Below, piece by piece: positions 1 to 9,585 of a DNA stretch of 64,000 nt. The notes beneath the pieces were generated by a model. That model had not been told where the DNA came from. It was given only the letters and a program-made list of their open reading frames with translations, and made no database searches. This DNA is from Thermoplasmatota archaeon (GTDB lineage: Archaea > Thermoplasmatota > JAKEGO01), in NCBI GenBank assembly GCA_028279595.1, contig JANQNK010000004.1, forward strand, positions 32,001 to 96,000, read 5' to 3'. Every line of letters begins with the position of its first letter. The stretch's first letter is position 1. The translations under genes and the position numbers were made by a program.

Positions 1-3000
1 GTTCCCGGCGAGGTCGATGGCGGTGACGTAATAGGCGACCTCGGTGGCGTTGTACGGTACGTTCGCGTACCACACGCGGAGCGTCACGTCGTAGATGTCC
101 AGATCCTCGTTCCACATGAAGGAGTTCCCTTCCGGATCCAGTCCGTTCAGGGTCCCGGCAACGATGGCGATGGTGTTCGTCCCGTCGAGTATCGTATCGA
201 ACGGTACTTCGAAGACGTTGCTGGTCGAACCGACCTCGAGGGTGCCGAGGACATTGCCCGCGGTCCTGTTCGGCTCGTTGAACCATACACCATCGGTGTC
301 GTGGTCGATACCGCCGGTCGATATCGTGAGGGTCGCCCTGACGATGTCCTCCGGATCGTCAACGTAGACATTGACGTATGCCACGTTGCTGGCGCGGCTA
401 TCACCGATGTAATGGTCGCCGCTGTTGAGGTGGTCCTCGTACTCCTCGTCGTACGCCATGAAAGCGCCCCAGCTATCGTCCGTTTCGTAAACATCGGCAT
501 GGAACCCGTATCCGGATATTCCGGTGTCAGAGGTGAACCTGATCAGCAGGACGTCATCATCGACCCAATCCGTCCATAGGTCCTCGTGCCGTCCAGTGAT
601 GGTCTGGATCAGGTTCTCCGAGCCGTCGTAGATCCTGACCTTGTCCAGTCCCTGCTCGAGCTCGATCTTGGTGAAATGGACCCTTATCGCTCCGACGCCT
701 GTCTCGGTTATTGTGTACCAGTCATCGACGTTCGAGTCGTAGGGATGTGTCGACTCCACGCCGTATACGTATTGATCGACCCCTGCGCCCGCCATGTCCT
801 CCATGACCTTCTCACCCGTCCACACATCGTCACCATCGTAGGTGAAATGGAGAGAGACGCTCTGGACGCCCGTGTCGTCGCTCAGGCTGGCCGTGACATC
901 GATCGGGTCCATTGTGTCGAGCAACGGGGTCGTCGGATATGTCAGGATGTCGTCGATGGCCGGTCCTTCTCCGTCGACGAAGTACGACTGCACGGTCGAG
1001 TTCTCCCATGTGTCGTTGATGGTGTCTTGGGTGACGATGTAGAAGTACGTGGTCGTCGTCATGCCGGCAGGTGGCAGGATCGCCTTGAAGATGAAGGCGT
1101 CGTCGTAGAGTGCCTTGAAATGAGCACCGAGGTCCTCCTGCTGGACTGCCGAATAGTCGTCCCAGTCATAACCCAGATAGCCGTCATCATCGTGGTCTCC
1201 ATCGACGATTATCCCGCCGCCGTGATAGATGAAATGGGACGTTGTCGAGTGCGAGACGAAGGATTTTATGCCCGCGTAGGTCACCCTCCTCAGGACCTCC
1301 TCGAACGTATAGTGGTCGGTAACGACCATGTGGCCGGAGGCTGCCCCGTCGATCACCGAGTCCACATAGTTGTTGTAGCGGTAACCGTCGAAGAACAGTA
1401 TCTCGTTGTCGTAGAAGTCATCGTCGGGCAGATAATTGTTGTAGGAGGCGTACCCACTGTTGTCCGTGTCGTAGGTCCCGGCATAGCCGGCGACCGGCTT
1501 GAGCCCGTAGGTGTACTGCCAGTAGTAGCCCTTGCTCCAGCCGGCGGTCGTCGGGGTCTCCGTGGCAGCCTCGATCACCTCTGCCTGGGTCCAGTTGCCG
1601 TCGCCCATCGTCCCGTTGCTGTCGAAGCTGTACATGATCGAATAGAGAGTGTTGTTGGTCTCGTTCCAGAACCCGAAGCTGACCTGGACCTCCTCCGATG
1701 CGTTGACGTACTCGTCGAGCACCCTGACGTTATAGAATCCCTCGGGTGCCTCGATCACGGGATCCATCGGGAGGTCGTCCCCGGTCCGGGAATTGAAGTA
1801 TACCGAGTAGAACCGGGATGCGGTGTCGTTGGTCGTACCGTTCATCGTCCATGTGATCTGGACAAGGGCGTTGTTCTCCGCATCGTAGGCACGGTCTAGG
1901 TAGTGCCCGAACTGGGTCGCATATCGGAACATATTCCGGGCCTTCCAGGTGCCCTGGGTGTTGTACGGATATCCTACCTCCTGCGCCTCGAGGATGAGGG
2001 TTCCGTCGCCTATGAACCTCTCCAGGGTAACGCCGAATTCGTCCGTGTCGGCCGAATCGACGTAGATCGGGTCGAAATCGTCCGACTCCCAGTTGGTCCA
2101 GTATCCGTTCGTCTCAGAGTAGCTCCATCCGTTGTAGCTCTGTCCGCCGCTGATGTCCGCGAGCGGGTGGTCATCGTCCACCAGAACGACGTTGTCGTTC
2201 CTCCATCCGGAGACGTGGTGGACCCCGAAGACGTCCATGGAGATGGTCGGGCACATGAAGATGAAGACACCACCTTCAGTGACGTAGTCGACTATCGTGT
2301 CCTGAGTATCCTGGTTCCCGATGTCGAACTCCGATGTGGCCTGGATGCCATCCATGATGACGATGTCGTAATCGTCCAGGTCCTCGATGATCGTGGAGGC
2401 CTCGGCATCGTTGTACTGGACGCGTTTTACCGATTGATAGTATCCTGTCGTCCTTGCAGCAAGGTTGTAATCCGTCCTGCTTCCGACCAGGTAGAGGAAT
2501 TTGGGCTTCGGTGAATAGGTGTTGTGGAAGAGGTCGCTCGCAAGAGGTACCCCTGCCTTGACCTCCGACTCCACCACCCATTTGATGGTGTTGTCGGCCG
2601 AGTATTCTACAACGATTATCGAATCCTCGTCCAAGGCCCGGTCGAATATACCCATGTCGGCGAAGACCTCGGTGAAGTTGACCATCAGCCGGACCTCTGC
2701 GTCCGTCCGGTTCTCCCCGGATGTGTTGATCTTCAATGGCATCCTGTAGCGCAGATTGGTGCTGTACCACGGGCTCTCGCCCTCCATCTCGCTGAGGTCC
2801 GACGAGAATGCCTGGACCAGCAGTGTGCCGTTCTCGATGGCCTTGCCGATGTTCGTCACGTTCACCATTATCTCGACGCCGTCGGCAACATAGTACACGG
2901 TGTCGTTCGCCGCCACGGTCATATGGGCCTCCAGTCCGTCGATCACGAGCGTTGCCGTAATCTGGATGAGGTCCCCGGTCTCGGTGTCCTTGGCGTTGAT

Positions 3001-6000
3001 GAGGGTGAAGTACTCGCCCGAAAGGGCCTGGTCGAAGATGTCGTATCCGAAGGTGATGTTCTCGTCGGCCATTATCGAACCGTTCTCCTCCATCCTCGTG
3101 AACCTCTGGTAGTGCGGATCGAAGATGTCGAGACTGAAGGTGTAGTTGGTATCGACACCGCCGTCGTTCCTCAACATGACGTCCAGGGTATCCTCGATGC
3201 TGAAGGAGAGGTTTGCCAGGTGGAGTTCGAGCTGCGAGGACGGTATCGTGAACTGGAACTCGTGATAGGCCGTTTCGTTCTGGGTGACGGTTACGTTGAT
3301 GAGGTGGGCGCCAGCCATGAGATATGTCGGAAGGGCGAAGACGGCCGACTGAGTGCTTCCATCTCCCGAGTCCAACAGCACGTTGTAGGCATCGCTGTCT
3401 CCGGTCTCGGGGATCGATATGACGATGTCAAGGTTCTGCTGCCATACTCCGGAATCGGTGATATTGAGGGTGTATCCAAGGTCCTCGCGGATGCGGTAGG
3501 AGGGCTTGTCCAGGTCGACGGTCAGGGCGTACCTGTTGGGGAGATCCACCCGTCCGGTCAGGGAACGGACGTCCCACAGCACCTCGTAGGCGAGGTAGTA
3601 CGTCCCGAAAACAGGCTCCGGCACGGTGATGTTGATCTCCTTCGATATCTCTCCATAGGCTGGTATTCCGAAGGAGCTGTTGACCATGGCGAGCTCGACG
3701 TCGTATGGATCGAACAGCTTGACGGAGAGCTTCGCGCCGGTCGCCGGGAGGGGACTATCGTTAGAGATGTAGACAGTGAACGTGTTGTTGGTGTTCGGAA
3801 CGATCGGATCCGGCAGGTCGACCTTCCGGACGAGGAGCTTCGGTCCGACCTCGATGAACTTGCGGTCCAGGGTCTGTTGACGAGATCCGCTGAACAGTCG
3901 TGCGCGGACCATGTACTGGCCGAACTGCATCGGGGCCGTCATGTCGTAATACTTGATCTCAGTCGAGTGGGCGGGCACTGTGATGTATGTAGTCGCCGAG
4001 CTGTAGGTCGTCTGCTGCAATCCGTCAAGGATGTCGAGGTATATCGTGTAGCTGAGTTCGTTGGCGTTCGGATTGTAAACGGACATGCTTACATTGATGG
4101 TCTCGTTCGGAGCGTAGTCGTCAAGGTTCGTGATGATATTGATTATGCTGGCTTGGCCTTTCAGTACGCCGTACCGGCGCTCTATGAAGGCGATCTGGTC
4201 CCCTGACCAATCGGATCCGGTGTACAGATAGGAGACCGTTCTGAAATCCCACTGCGAGGTCGCAAAGCGTTCCGTGTACTCGCCATAGGAGTTCGGGGCG
4301 ATGTTGACGTTCACCTTGTGGTACCAACCGTTTGCAGCGCCGCCGTAACCCCACCATAGGACGTGGCCCCTGCCCCACACACCGAACTTGACGCTGCCAT
4401 TGAACCAGGTGTCCTCGTGGTTGTTGATGAAGAACGTGACGAACCCAGGTTCGCCTCCGTCATCGTCGGGGCTTCCGTACGAACCTGTGACGTAGTAGTA
4501 GTTCTTGTCGAAGACCACCCAGAAGTCCACACCTTCCGGTATCACCTTCTTCAATGATTCGTTGAAGTCGCTTAGAGCAAAGGCATCGACGTCGTTCACG
4601 ACCGTGATGTTGTGGAACCCGTTATCGGCTCCGATGTAGTCGACCCGGTAGACACCGTGATCGTCGTATCCGGCGAGGTCGTTGAAACTCCCACCGACAG
4701 CTTTCACGCAATCTACGACCGTGCCGTTCGGTCCGATGATTATGGCGTACTCCGCTTCCATACCGGTCGAGTTCATCTCGAGCGGTATCGGGGTCTCGGG
4801 CTCGATCGTCTCTACGCTCGATGGTTCCGGCACCATGAGATAGGAGAGCATCGCGTCGAGGATCTCGATCTCGTCCGAGGTCCCGGACCCGAAGACCATC
4901 GCGAAGTCAGGATACATCGTCGTGGCCATGATGTACCCGTTCCCGTATGGATACATGACCATGGCCGGCATCTTGTTCGCGGCCCTGGTCAGCAGAACGG
5001 TGGCGTTCGTCGGCCAATCCATGAAGAAGCCGTCGATGTTCAGATCGAGGTAGACCTCGCCCTTGGAGTTCGGGGCCTTGACCTGGGACATCGGAGAGAA
5101 GACCGGATTGTAGTTCTCGATGTAGACGGAGCCGAGGAGACAGTTCTGGTCCTCCTGGTAGCCGTACCCGTCGAGTCCGCCGGGGAGTCCGGCCCACTCG
5201 TATCCGTACTGCTGGGTCATCGCAAGGATGTTCCCGCCGTTCTCGAGGAAGAGTTCGAGCTTCAATCTGACGATGTCCGATCCGCCGGAGGGATCGGTGA
5301 GGTCGTAAAGACCGCCCGAGGGGACGACAAGGACCTTCAGTTCGTTGAGCTCATTGATTGTTATGGTTCCGAGGTCCACGAATCGAGCATCGCGTCCCGT
5401 GCTGTTTATCAGCGTCATCATCTCGTTCGGGAATCCCTTGTCAACGATGCCGATCTCGGATTCCGGGGCATCCGTTGAGGTCACGTTGACCACATTGCTC
5501 CCGAGGACGAATACGTCGTCCGGATTGTAGGGCGGACAGTCCTTGGGGTCCTTGCATGGATCACAATTCGGCTGGTATGGGTCCTCGCAACACCATCGCT
5601 CCTTGTAATCCTGGATATGGCTACATTTATCACGTCGGCATTTCTTGTCGTCTGGGTTGATACAACATTTCTTGTTGTCACCTTCCAGCTCGTCGCAGCA
5701 CTGGCCGGTCTCGGGGTTCGGATCCTTGCACTCATCGCACTTGATCTTCATCCTGACCGTGTGTTTGGGGCGTTTACTGTCGTCGGTGGTCCTCTGGAAG
5801 ATGCAGCCGTACTTGTCGACCACCTTCATCTCGTAGTTCTTGGTCTCGCCGGCCGGTATCGTGACACGGTGCGTCCCCTTCCAGACGTCTGTATCCACGT
5901 ATTCGGCGGGATCGAGCTTTTCGATGATGGCGGTGAAGACCACGCCGCCATCCTCCTTAAGGGACACCTCTATCCCTTTACTTGGAACGGTACCGAGATT

Positions 6001-9000
6001 GTAGACCTCCATGTTTATGTCGTAGACACACGGTTCGTTGTTCTCACCGCCCGAGACCTTGACGGCCCGTATCTTCGCCCTGGGTTTGACCTCGCATTTT
6101 CGACCTTTGTCGGCAATGTAATCAATGAGCTTCCCGACCTGGGGACATATCAACTTGTTGCCGAGCCACCGGGCAGCGTAGAACGTGATCCTGTAGATCA
6201 GTGGAGCCGTCGCCGCGCCGATCCCAACCGTTAGTCCGGTGACGCCGGTGACCATGATGTTCCCGAGGGTAGCGTCGGCGATCAACCCTATGATCTCACC
6301 GCAGGCCCAGTCGAAGACTATCGTTAGGAACAGGCGTATACAACACCAGATGTACGTGGCGACGTTGAGCGCGGTCGCTGCCGATCCGAGGACACATTCG
6401 ACGAAACGCCAAACTTGGATTATGGCTTTCGCTATCTTTGGTATCAGGTCCAGCGGGATACCGAGTACGTCTCCGATCGGGCCCAGGATCTCAGCTGCGA
6501 AATCGAGAGCGCCCTCGATGGTATTACGGAACCATTCGAGACCTTCCCTCTCGCCTCTCCAGAGCTTTCGGAAGTTGTTCAGGACCTCCTGGACCTTTGC
6601 CTTTGCCTTGTAATACAGGTTCTTGATGATCGATACTGCCTTGATGCCCAGTTGCTTGGCGATGGGCTTTATCACCTTCCATTGCTCAACGATCCAATCC
6701 TTGATGTCGCCCGCAAGGGCCCAAAGGTCCTTGATCACCTTGATGAACCAGATGGCGTGCTGGTATTGGGTCGACAGAACGATGTTGGCGACGGCGCCGG
6801 TCTCAGGATCGACTATCCTGAAGGCGTAATAGAGCACACCGTCGACGATTATGCCGGCAGCGATGATGTCGACCTCGTATCCAAGGTCGATCGCATCCAT
6901 TATCCTCTCTAGGACCTGAGAGGGAAGCGTGACGTTCGCCAGTACTTCTTCGTAGTTGTCGGGCGTGATGTGAATTACCGCAATCCCAACCTGCGAGGCT
7001 ATCCCGAGCAGGTCCTCGTAACTCACGGCCCGGGTCTCGTTGAAGATGATGGCACCGACCATCGACTCGATGTAGGACGAGTATTCGCCCGAGTTCAGGG
7101 TGAACAGATAGTCGGCCGTGACCGGGTCCCGCTGCTCCGGGCGGAAGCTCGCCTGGACGGGATCCCTGAGCAGGTCCAGCGAGTACAACGGTGCGAAGAC
7201 AAGAGGTGCCCCGAATCCGAAATAACCGCCGCTGTTGGCGATGACCGCCGATGGGCCTGGGCGCCACCACCATCCGAGGAGGTCCGCAGCCTCGGTGTCG
7301 TAGCTCTCAGCGACCCAGACGTGGAGCATCGTTGCGGCCATCTCGAGATAGGCGTCTGTGGCGTCAGAGAGGGAGGCGTTCTCGACATCCCCGTGGTTCT
7401 CGAGTCGGAAGTTGAGGGTCCTACCGTTCATCTTTCCAACGTCGAAGCTGACCACGGAATCCGCACCGGCCACCGATACGGAGTTGGTGGTGTCCTCGCC
7501 CCAGGGCGCAGTGAATGTGATTGTGAGGTCGAGCGTATCACCGCCGTGGAGCACCATCGACGAGGTATCGATGGTCCTGGCGTTCATTTCGAGTGCCGGG
7601 GTGTAGCCTATCAGGAAGGGGGGAGCATCCCTGCCCATCTCGTCGATCAGGTCCTGACCGGTAGAGGTCGGCTCATACCTGATGTGCATCGGGAATGTGG
7701 CCATTCGCCCGGCGAAGCCGGAATAGCCCACCACGGAGGTGCCGTTATCCTTCAAAGTGACCGTGATCGTATGGCGCAGCGCGGTCGGGACCTCGGCGTA
7801 GTTGTCCGCTCTGGCCGTTACCGTATAGTTGAGACCTGTCGGGAACGCTGTCCTGTTGGAGACATCGGGCTCCTCGTAGGCGCTGAAGTTGGCGGCCCCC
7901 GAAACATAGGTAGTGCCGTCACTGACGAAGGTTCCGTTGATGGCCTCGAGGTCCTCGAAGTTCCATGACGGGTCCATCTCGACCCACTCCCCGTCCACCC
8001 AGGCCGCAACCCAGTGGTGCTCGAATATGATATCCGAGCCCATCATGTCGGCGGGTATCCCGCAGGACCGGAGGATAGCGGTCGCATTCTCCTGGGTATC
8101 GGTCCGCAGCCAATCTGCGACGTCGGCCCAGGGCGCTCGAACAGTACCGAAGACATACCGGCTGGCCACGTCCCTCTCGCGGAGCATGGCGATCAGTAGT
8201 GACGCCTGGTCGACATCGTTGCCGGACCTCTGCATAAGGGTCTGGTCCGCTCCCTTGAGCGACCCGAGGTACGGCTCATAGGCCACACCCTCGAGGACCC
8301 ACCAGAAGAGCTTCTCGACATCCATCGAGTTGGCCTTCTGATACACGGACTCGGATGACCAAGCATCCTTGGTCTCGTTCAGGTCCGCAGCCGTAGTGCT
8401 GACCGGCAGCGCGCTCGTGTCCATCACCGGTTGGTCCCCTCCATCGAGCTCGATGGTGAAATGTGACAGGGGATCGAGGTCAACACCCGAATCGGGGTCG
8501 GCGACGGTCGCTTCGTACACGACGTCCAGGACGTCCTGTATCTCAGCCTGATAGTTGCGGATGGATCGGAGTACCGCAACTTCACTGATGTCCTCGGGCC
8601 TCGATAGGATCGGAACTATCGTCTCTTCGAGCCAATCGGCCCGGCCCAGGACATCGTCCATCTCCGTCCGGTACGAGGTCAGAGAGGTCGAGAATGAAGC
8701 GTAGGCTTCATCCATCTGTGAGTCATTTCCACCGGCCATATCGCCAAGGAAATCGTCATAATCGTCGGAGATATCGATGAACTCCCCATAGGATGCCTCG
8801 AGCTTTTTGATGTCGAGTATCGTTGTTATCGTGTGGGCCTTCACGTATTCGAGGTACGACCCTCCCTCCTCGCTCTCGATGCCGAGCGCCACGGCCGCCT
8901 CGTTGCTGACATCCGTTATCTCTAGGGTCTGGGAACCGCAGAATGAACAGTTATCGTCCTCCTCCTCCTCGGGTTCCTCCTCTGTCGGATCGATTATCTC

Positions 9001-9285
9001 CCTGTAAAGGTTCTGGAGATCGAGGGTAAGGTTGTTCAGGTTCTCCTGCACGGCCATGAACGATCCGTAGAACTCTGCTGATTCGTTCAGGTAACCGGTC
9101 CTTGTTTCATTTCCCTCGTCCTGTGCGATCGGTACTGCGGCAGCGGCACCGCTGTCTCTCTTCCCATCGTCGGCGAATGCCAGGGCCTGAAGGTAGGCTC
9201 CGGCGAAGGTCGACGAAAGCAGTAGCACGACAAGGGCTACGCTGACGAACATTCCTCTCTTTCCAACACTAAATCTCCATCTCAT
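1..9285 (-). CDS. Giant (>3095 aa) secreted multidomain protein, 3'-truncated by the window: signal peptide, transglutaminase-like domain, Cys-rich insert, GATase-like domain, Ig/CARDB-like repeats, CUB domain
   Basis: Manual translation from ATG 9285 (SD-like GGAGATGA upstream): MRWRFSVGKRGMFVSVALVVLLLSSTFAGAYLQALA. The same frame was spot-checked open at ~8200, 5200-6950, 2100-2280, 500-760 and 1-60 (...YYVTAIDLAGN). The ORF track omits it, consistent with no in-frame stop inside the window. Confidence 0.92.
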   Translation of the reverse strand, partial: MRWRFSVGKRGMFVSVALVVLLLSSTFAGAYLQALAFADDGKRDSGAAAAVPIAQDEGNETRTGYLNESAEFYGSFMAVQENLNNLTLDLQNLYREIIDPTEEEPEEEEDDNCSFCGSQTLEITDVSNEAAVALGIESEEGGSYLEYVKAHTITTILDIKKLEASYGEFIDISDDYDDFLGDMAGGNDSQMDEAYASFSTSLTSYRTEMDDVLGRADWLEETIVPILSRPEDISEVAVLRSIRNYQAEIQDVLDVVYEATVADPDSGVDLDPLSHFTIELDGGDQPVMDTSALPVSTTAADLNETKDAWSSESVYQKANSMDVEKLFWWVLEGVAYEPYLGSLKGADQTLMQRSGNDVDQASLLIAMLRERDVASRYVFGTVRAPWADVADWLRTDTQENATAILRSCGIPADMMGSDIIFEHHWVAAWVDGEWVEMDPSWNFEDLEAINGTFVSDGTTYVSGAANFSAYEEPDVSNRTAFPTGLNYTVTARADNYAEVPTALRHTITVTLKDNGTSVVGYSGFAGRMATFPMHIRYEPTSTGQDLIDEMGRDAPPFLIGYTPALEMNARTIDTSSMVLHGGDTLDLTITFTAPWGEDTTNSVSVAGADSVVSFDVGKMNGRTLNFRLENHGDVENASLSDATDAYLEMAATMLHVWVAESYDTEAADLLGWWWRPGPSAVIANSGGYFGFGAPLVFAPLYSLDLLRDPVQASFRPEQRDPVTADYLFTLNSGEYSSYIESMVGAIIFNETRAVSYEDLLGIASQVGIAVIHITPDNYEEVLANVTLPSQVLERIMDAIDLGYEVDIIAAGIIVDGVLYYAFRIVDPETGAVANIVLSTQYQHAIWFIKVIKDLWALAGDIKDWIVEQWKVIKPIAKQLGIKAVSIIKNLYYKAKAKVQEVLNNFRKLWRGEREGLEWFRNTIEGALDFAAEILGPIGDVLGIPLDLIPKIAKAIIQVWRFVECVLGSAATALNVATYIWCCIRLFLTIVFDWACGEIIGLIADATLGNIMVTGVTGLTVGIGAATAPLIYRITFYAARWLGNKLICPQVGKLIDYIADKGRKCEVKPRAKIRAVKVSGGENNEPCVYDINMEVYNLGTVPSKGIEVSLKEDGGVVFTAIIEKLDPAEYVDTDVWKGTHRVTIPAGETKNYEMKVVDKYGCIFQRTTDDSKRPKHTVRMKIKCDECKDPNPETGQCCDELEGDNKKCCINPDDKKCRRDKCSHIQDYKERWCCEDPYQPNCDPCKDPKDCPPYNPDDVFVLGSNVVNVTSTDAPESEIGIVDKGFPNEMMTLINSTGRDARFVDLGTITINELNELKVLVVPSGGLYDLTDPSGGSDIVRLKLELFLENGGNILAMTQQYGYEWAGLPGGLDGYGYQEDQNCLLGSVYIENYNPVFSPMSQVKAPNSKGEVYLDLNIDGFFMDWPTNATVLLTRAANKMPAMVMYPYGNGYIMATTMYPDFAMVFGSGTSDEIEILDAMLSYLMVPEPSSVETIEPETPIPLEMNSTGMEAEYAIIIGPNGTVVDCVKAVGGSFNDLAGYDDHGVYRVDYIGADNGFHNITVVNDVDAFALSDFNESLKKVIPEGVDFWVVFDKNYYYVTGSYGSPDDDGGEPGFVTFFINNHEDTWFNGSVKFGVWGRGHVLWWGYGGAANGWYHKVNVNIAPNSYGEYTERFATSQWDFRTVSYLYTGSDWSGDQIAFIERRYGVLKGQASIINIITNLDDYAPNETINVSMSVYNPNANELSYTIYLDILDGLQQTTYSSATTYITVPAHSTEIKYYDMTAPMQFGQYMVRARLFSGSRQQTLDRKFIEVGPKLLVRKVDLPDPIVPNTNNTFTVYISNDSPLPATGAKLSVKLFDPYDVELAMVNSSFGIPAYGEISKEINITVPEPVFGTYYLAYEVLWDVRSLTGRVDLPNRYALTVDLDKPSYRIREDLGYTLNITDSGVWQQNLDIVISIPETGDSDAYNVLLDSGDGSTQSAVFALPTYLMAGAHLINVTVTQNETAYHEFQFTIPSSQLELHLANLSFSIEDTLDVMLRNDGGVDTNYTFSLDIFDPHYQRFTRMEENGSIMADENITFGYDIFDQALSGEYFTLINAKDTETGDLIQITATLVIDGLEAHMTVAANDTVYYVADGVEIMVNVTNIGKAIENGTLLVQAFSSDLSEMEGESPWYSTNLRYRMPLKINTSGENRTDAEVRLMVNFTEVFADMGIFDRALDEDSIIVVEYSADNTIKWVVESEVKAGVPLASDLFHNTYSPKPKFLYLVGSRTDYNLAARTTGYYQSVKRVQYNDAEASTIIEDLDDYDIVIMDGIQATSEFDIGNQDTQDTIVDYVTEGGVFIFMCPTISMDVFGVHHVSGWRNDNVVLVDDDHPLADISGGQSYNGWSYSETNGYWTNWESDDFDPIYVDSADTDEFGVTLERFIGDGTLILEAQEVGYPYNTQGTWKARNMFRYATQFGHYLDRAYDAENNALVQITWTMNGTTNDTASRFYSVYFNSRTGDDLPMDPVIEAPEGFYNVRVLDEYVNASEEVQVSFGFWNETNNTLYSIMYSFDSNGTMGDGNWTQAEVIEAATETPTTAGWSKGYYWQYTYGLKPVAGYAGTYDTDNSGYASYNNYLPDDDFYDNEILFFDGYRYNNYVDSVIDGAASGHMVVTDHYTFEEVLRRVTYAGIKSFVSHSTTSHFIYHGGGIIVDGDHDDDGYLGYDWDDYSAVQQEDLGAHFKALYDDAFIFKAILPPAGMTTTTYFYIVTQDTINDTWENSTVQSYFVDGEGPAIDDILTYPTTPLLDTMDPIDVTASLSDDTGVQSVSLHFTYDGDDVWTGEKVMEDMAGAGVDQYVYGVESTHPYDSNVDDWYTITETGVGAIRVHFTKIELEQGLDKVRIYDGSENLIQTITGRHEDLWTDWVDDDVLLIRFTSDTGISGYGFHADVYETDDSWGAFMAYDEEYEDHLNSGDHYIGDSRASNVAYVNVYVDDPEDIVRATLTISTGGIDHDTDGVWFNEPNRTAGNVLGTLEVGSTSNVFEVPFDTILDGTNTIAIVAGTLNGLDPEGNSFMWNEDLDIYDVTLRVWYANVPYNATEVAYYVTAIDLAGN

Positions 9286-9585
9286 GGTTTCATCTCCGAT
9301 CCTCGCACCCAAGGATTAGCCCCCACGGCGCCCATCCACGGTCCCCTGGATAGCGACCGTACGGTAACGGATGCAGGGATAATAAGATTAACCCTCGTAA
9401 TTGACCTACTGGATTGTCAAATTTTGCACAACTAATTAATATCGAAATCCATGTCAAATCTAGCCCGATCTTACCATTGTTCCAATGATAAAGGTCAGGT
9501 CGAGAATAAACGAAACGATGTAAAAGAATGTTCAAAAAGGTAATATATCAATTACCGCGAAGAGGAATGTAGAGAAGGGATCGAC

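Noticed and set aside
95-9007. Many plus-strand ORFs (e.g. 586..1899, 2524..4206, 6970..7968)
   Set aside because: Antisense shadows of the giant minus-strand gene; V/D/R/H-rich composition with no motifs
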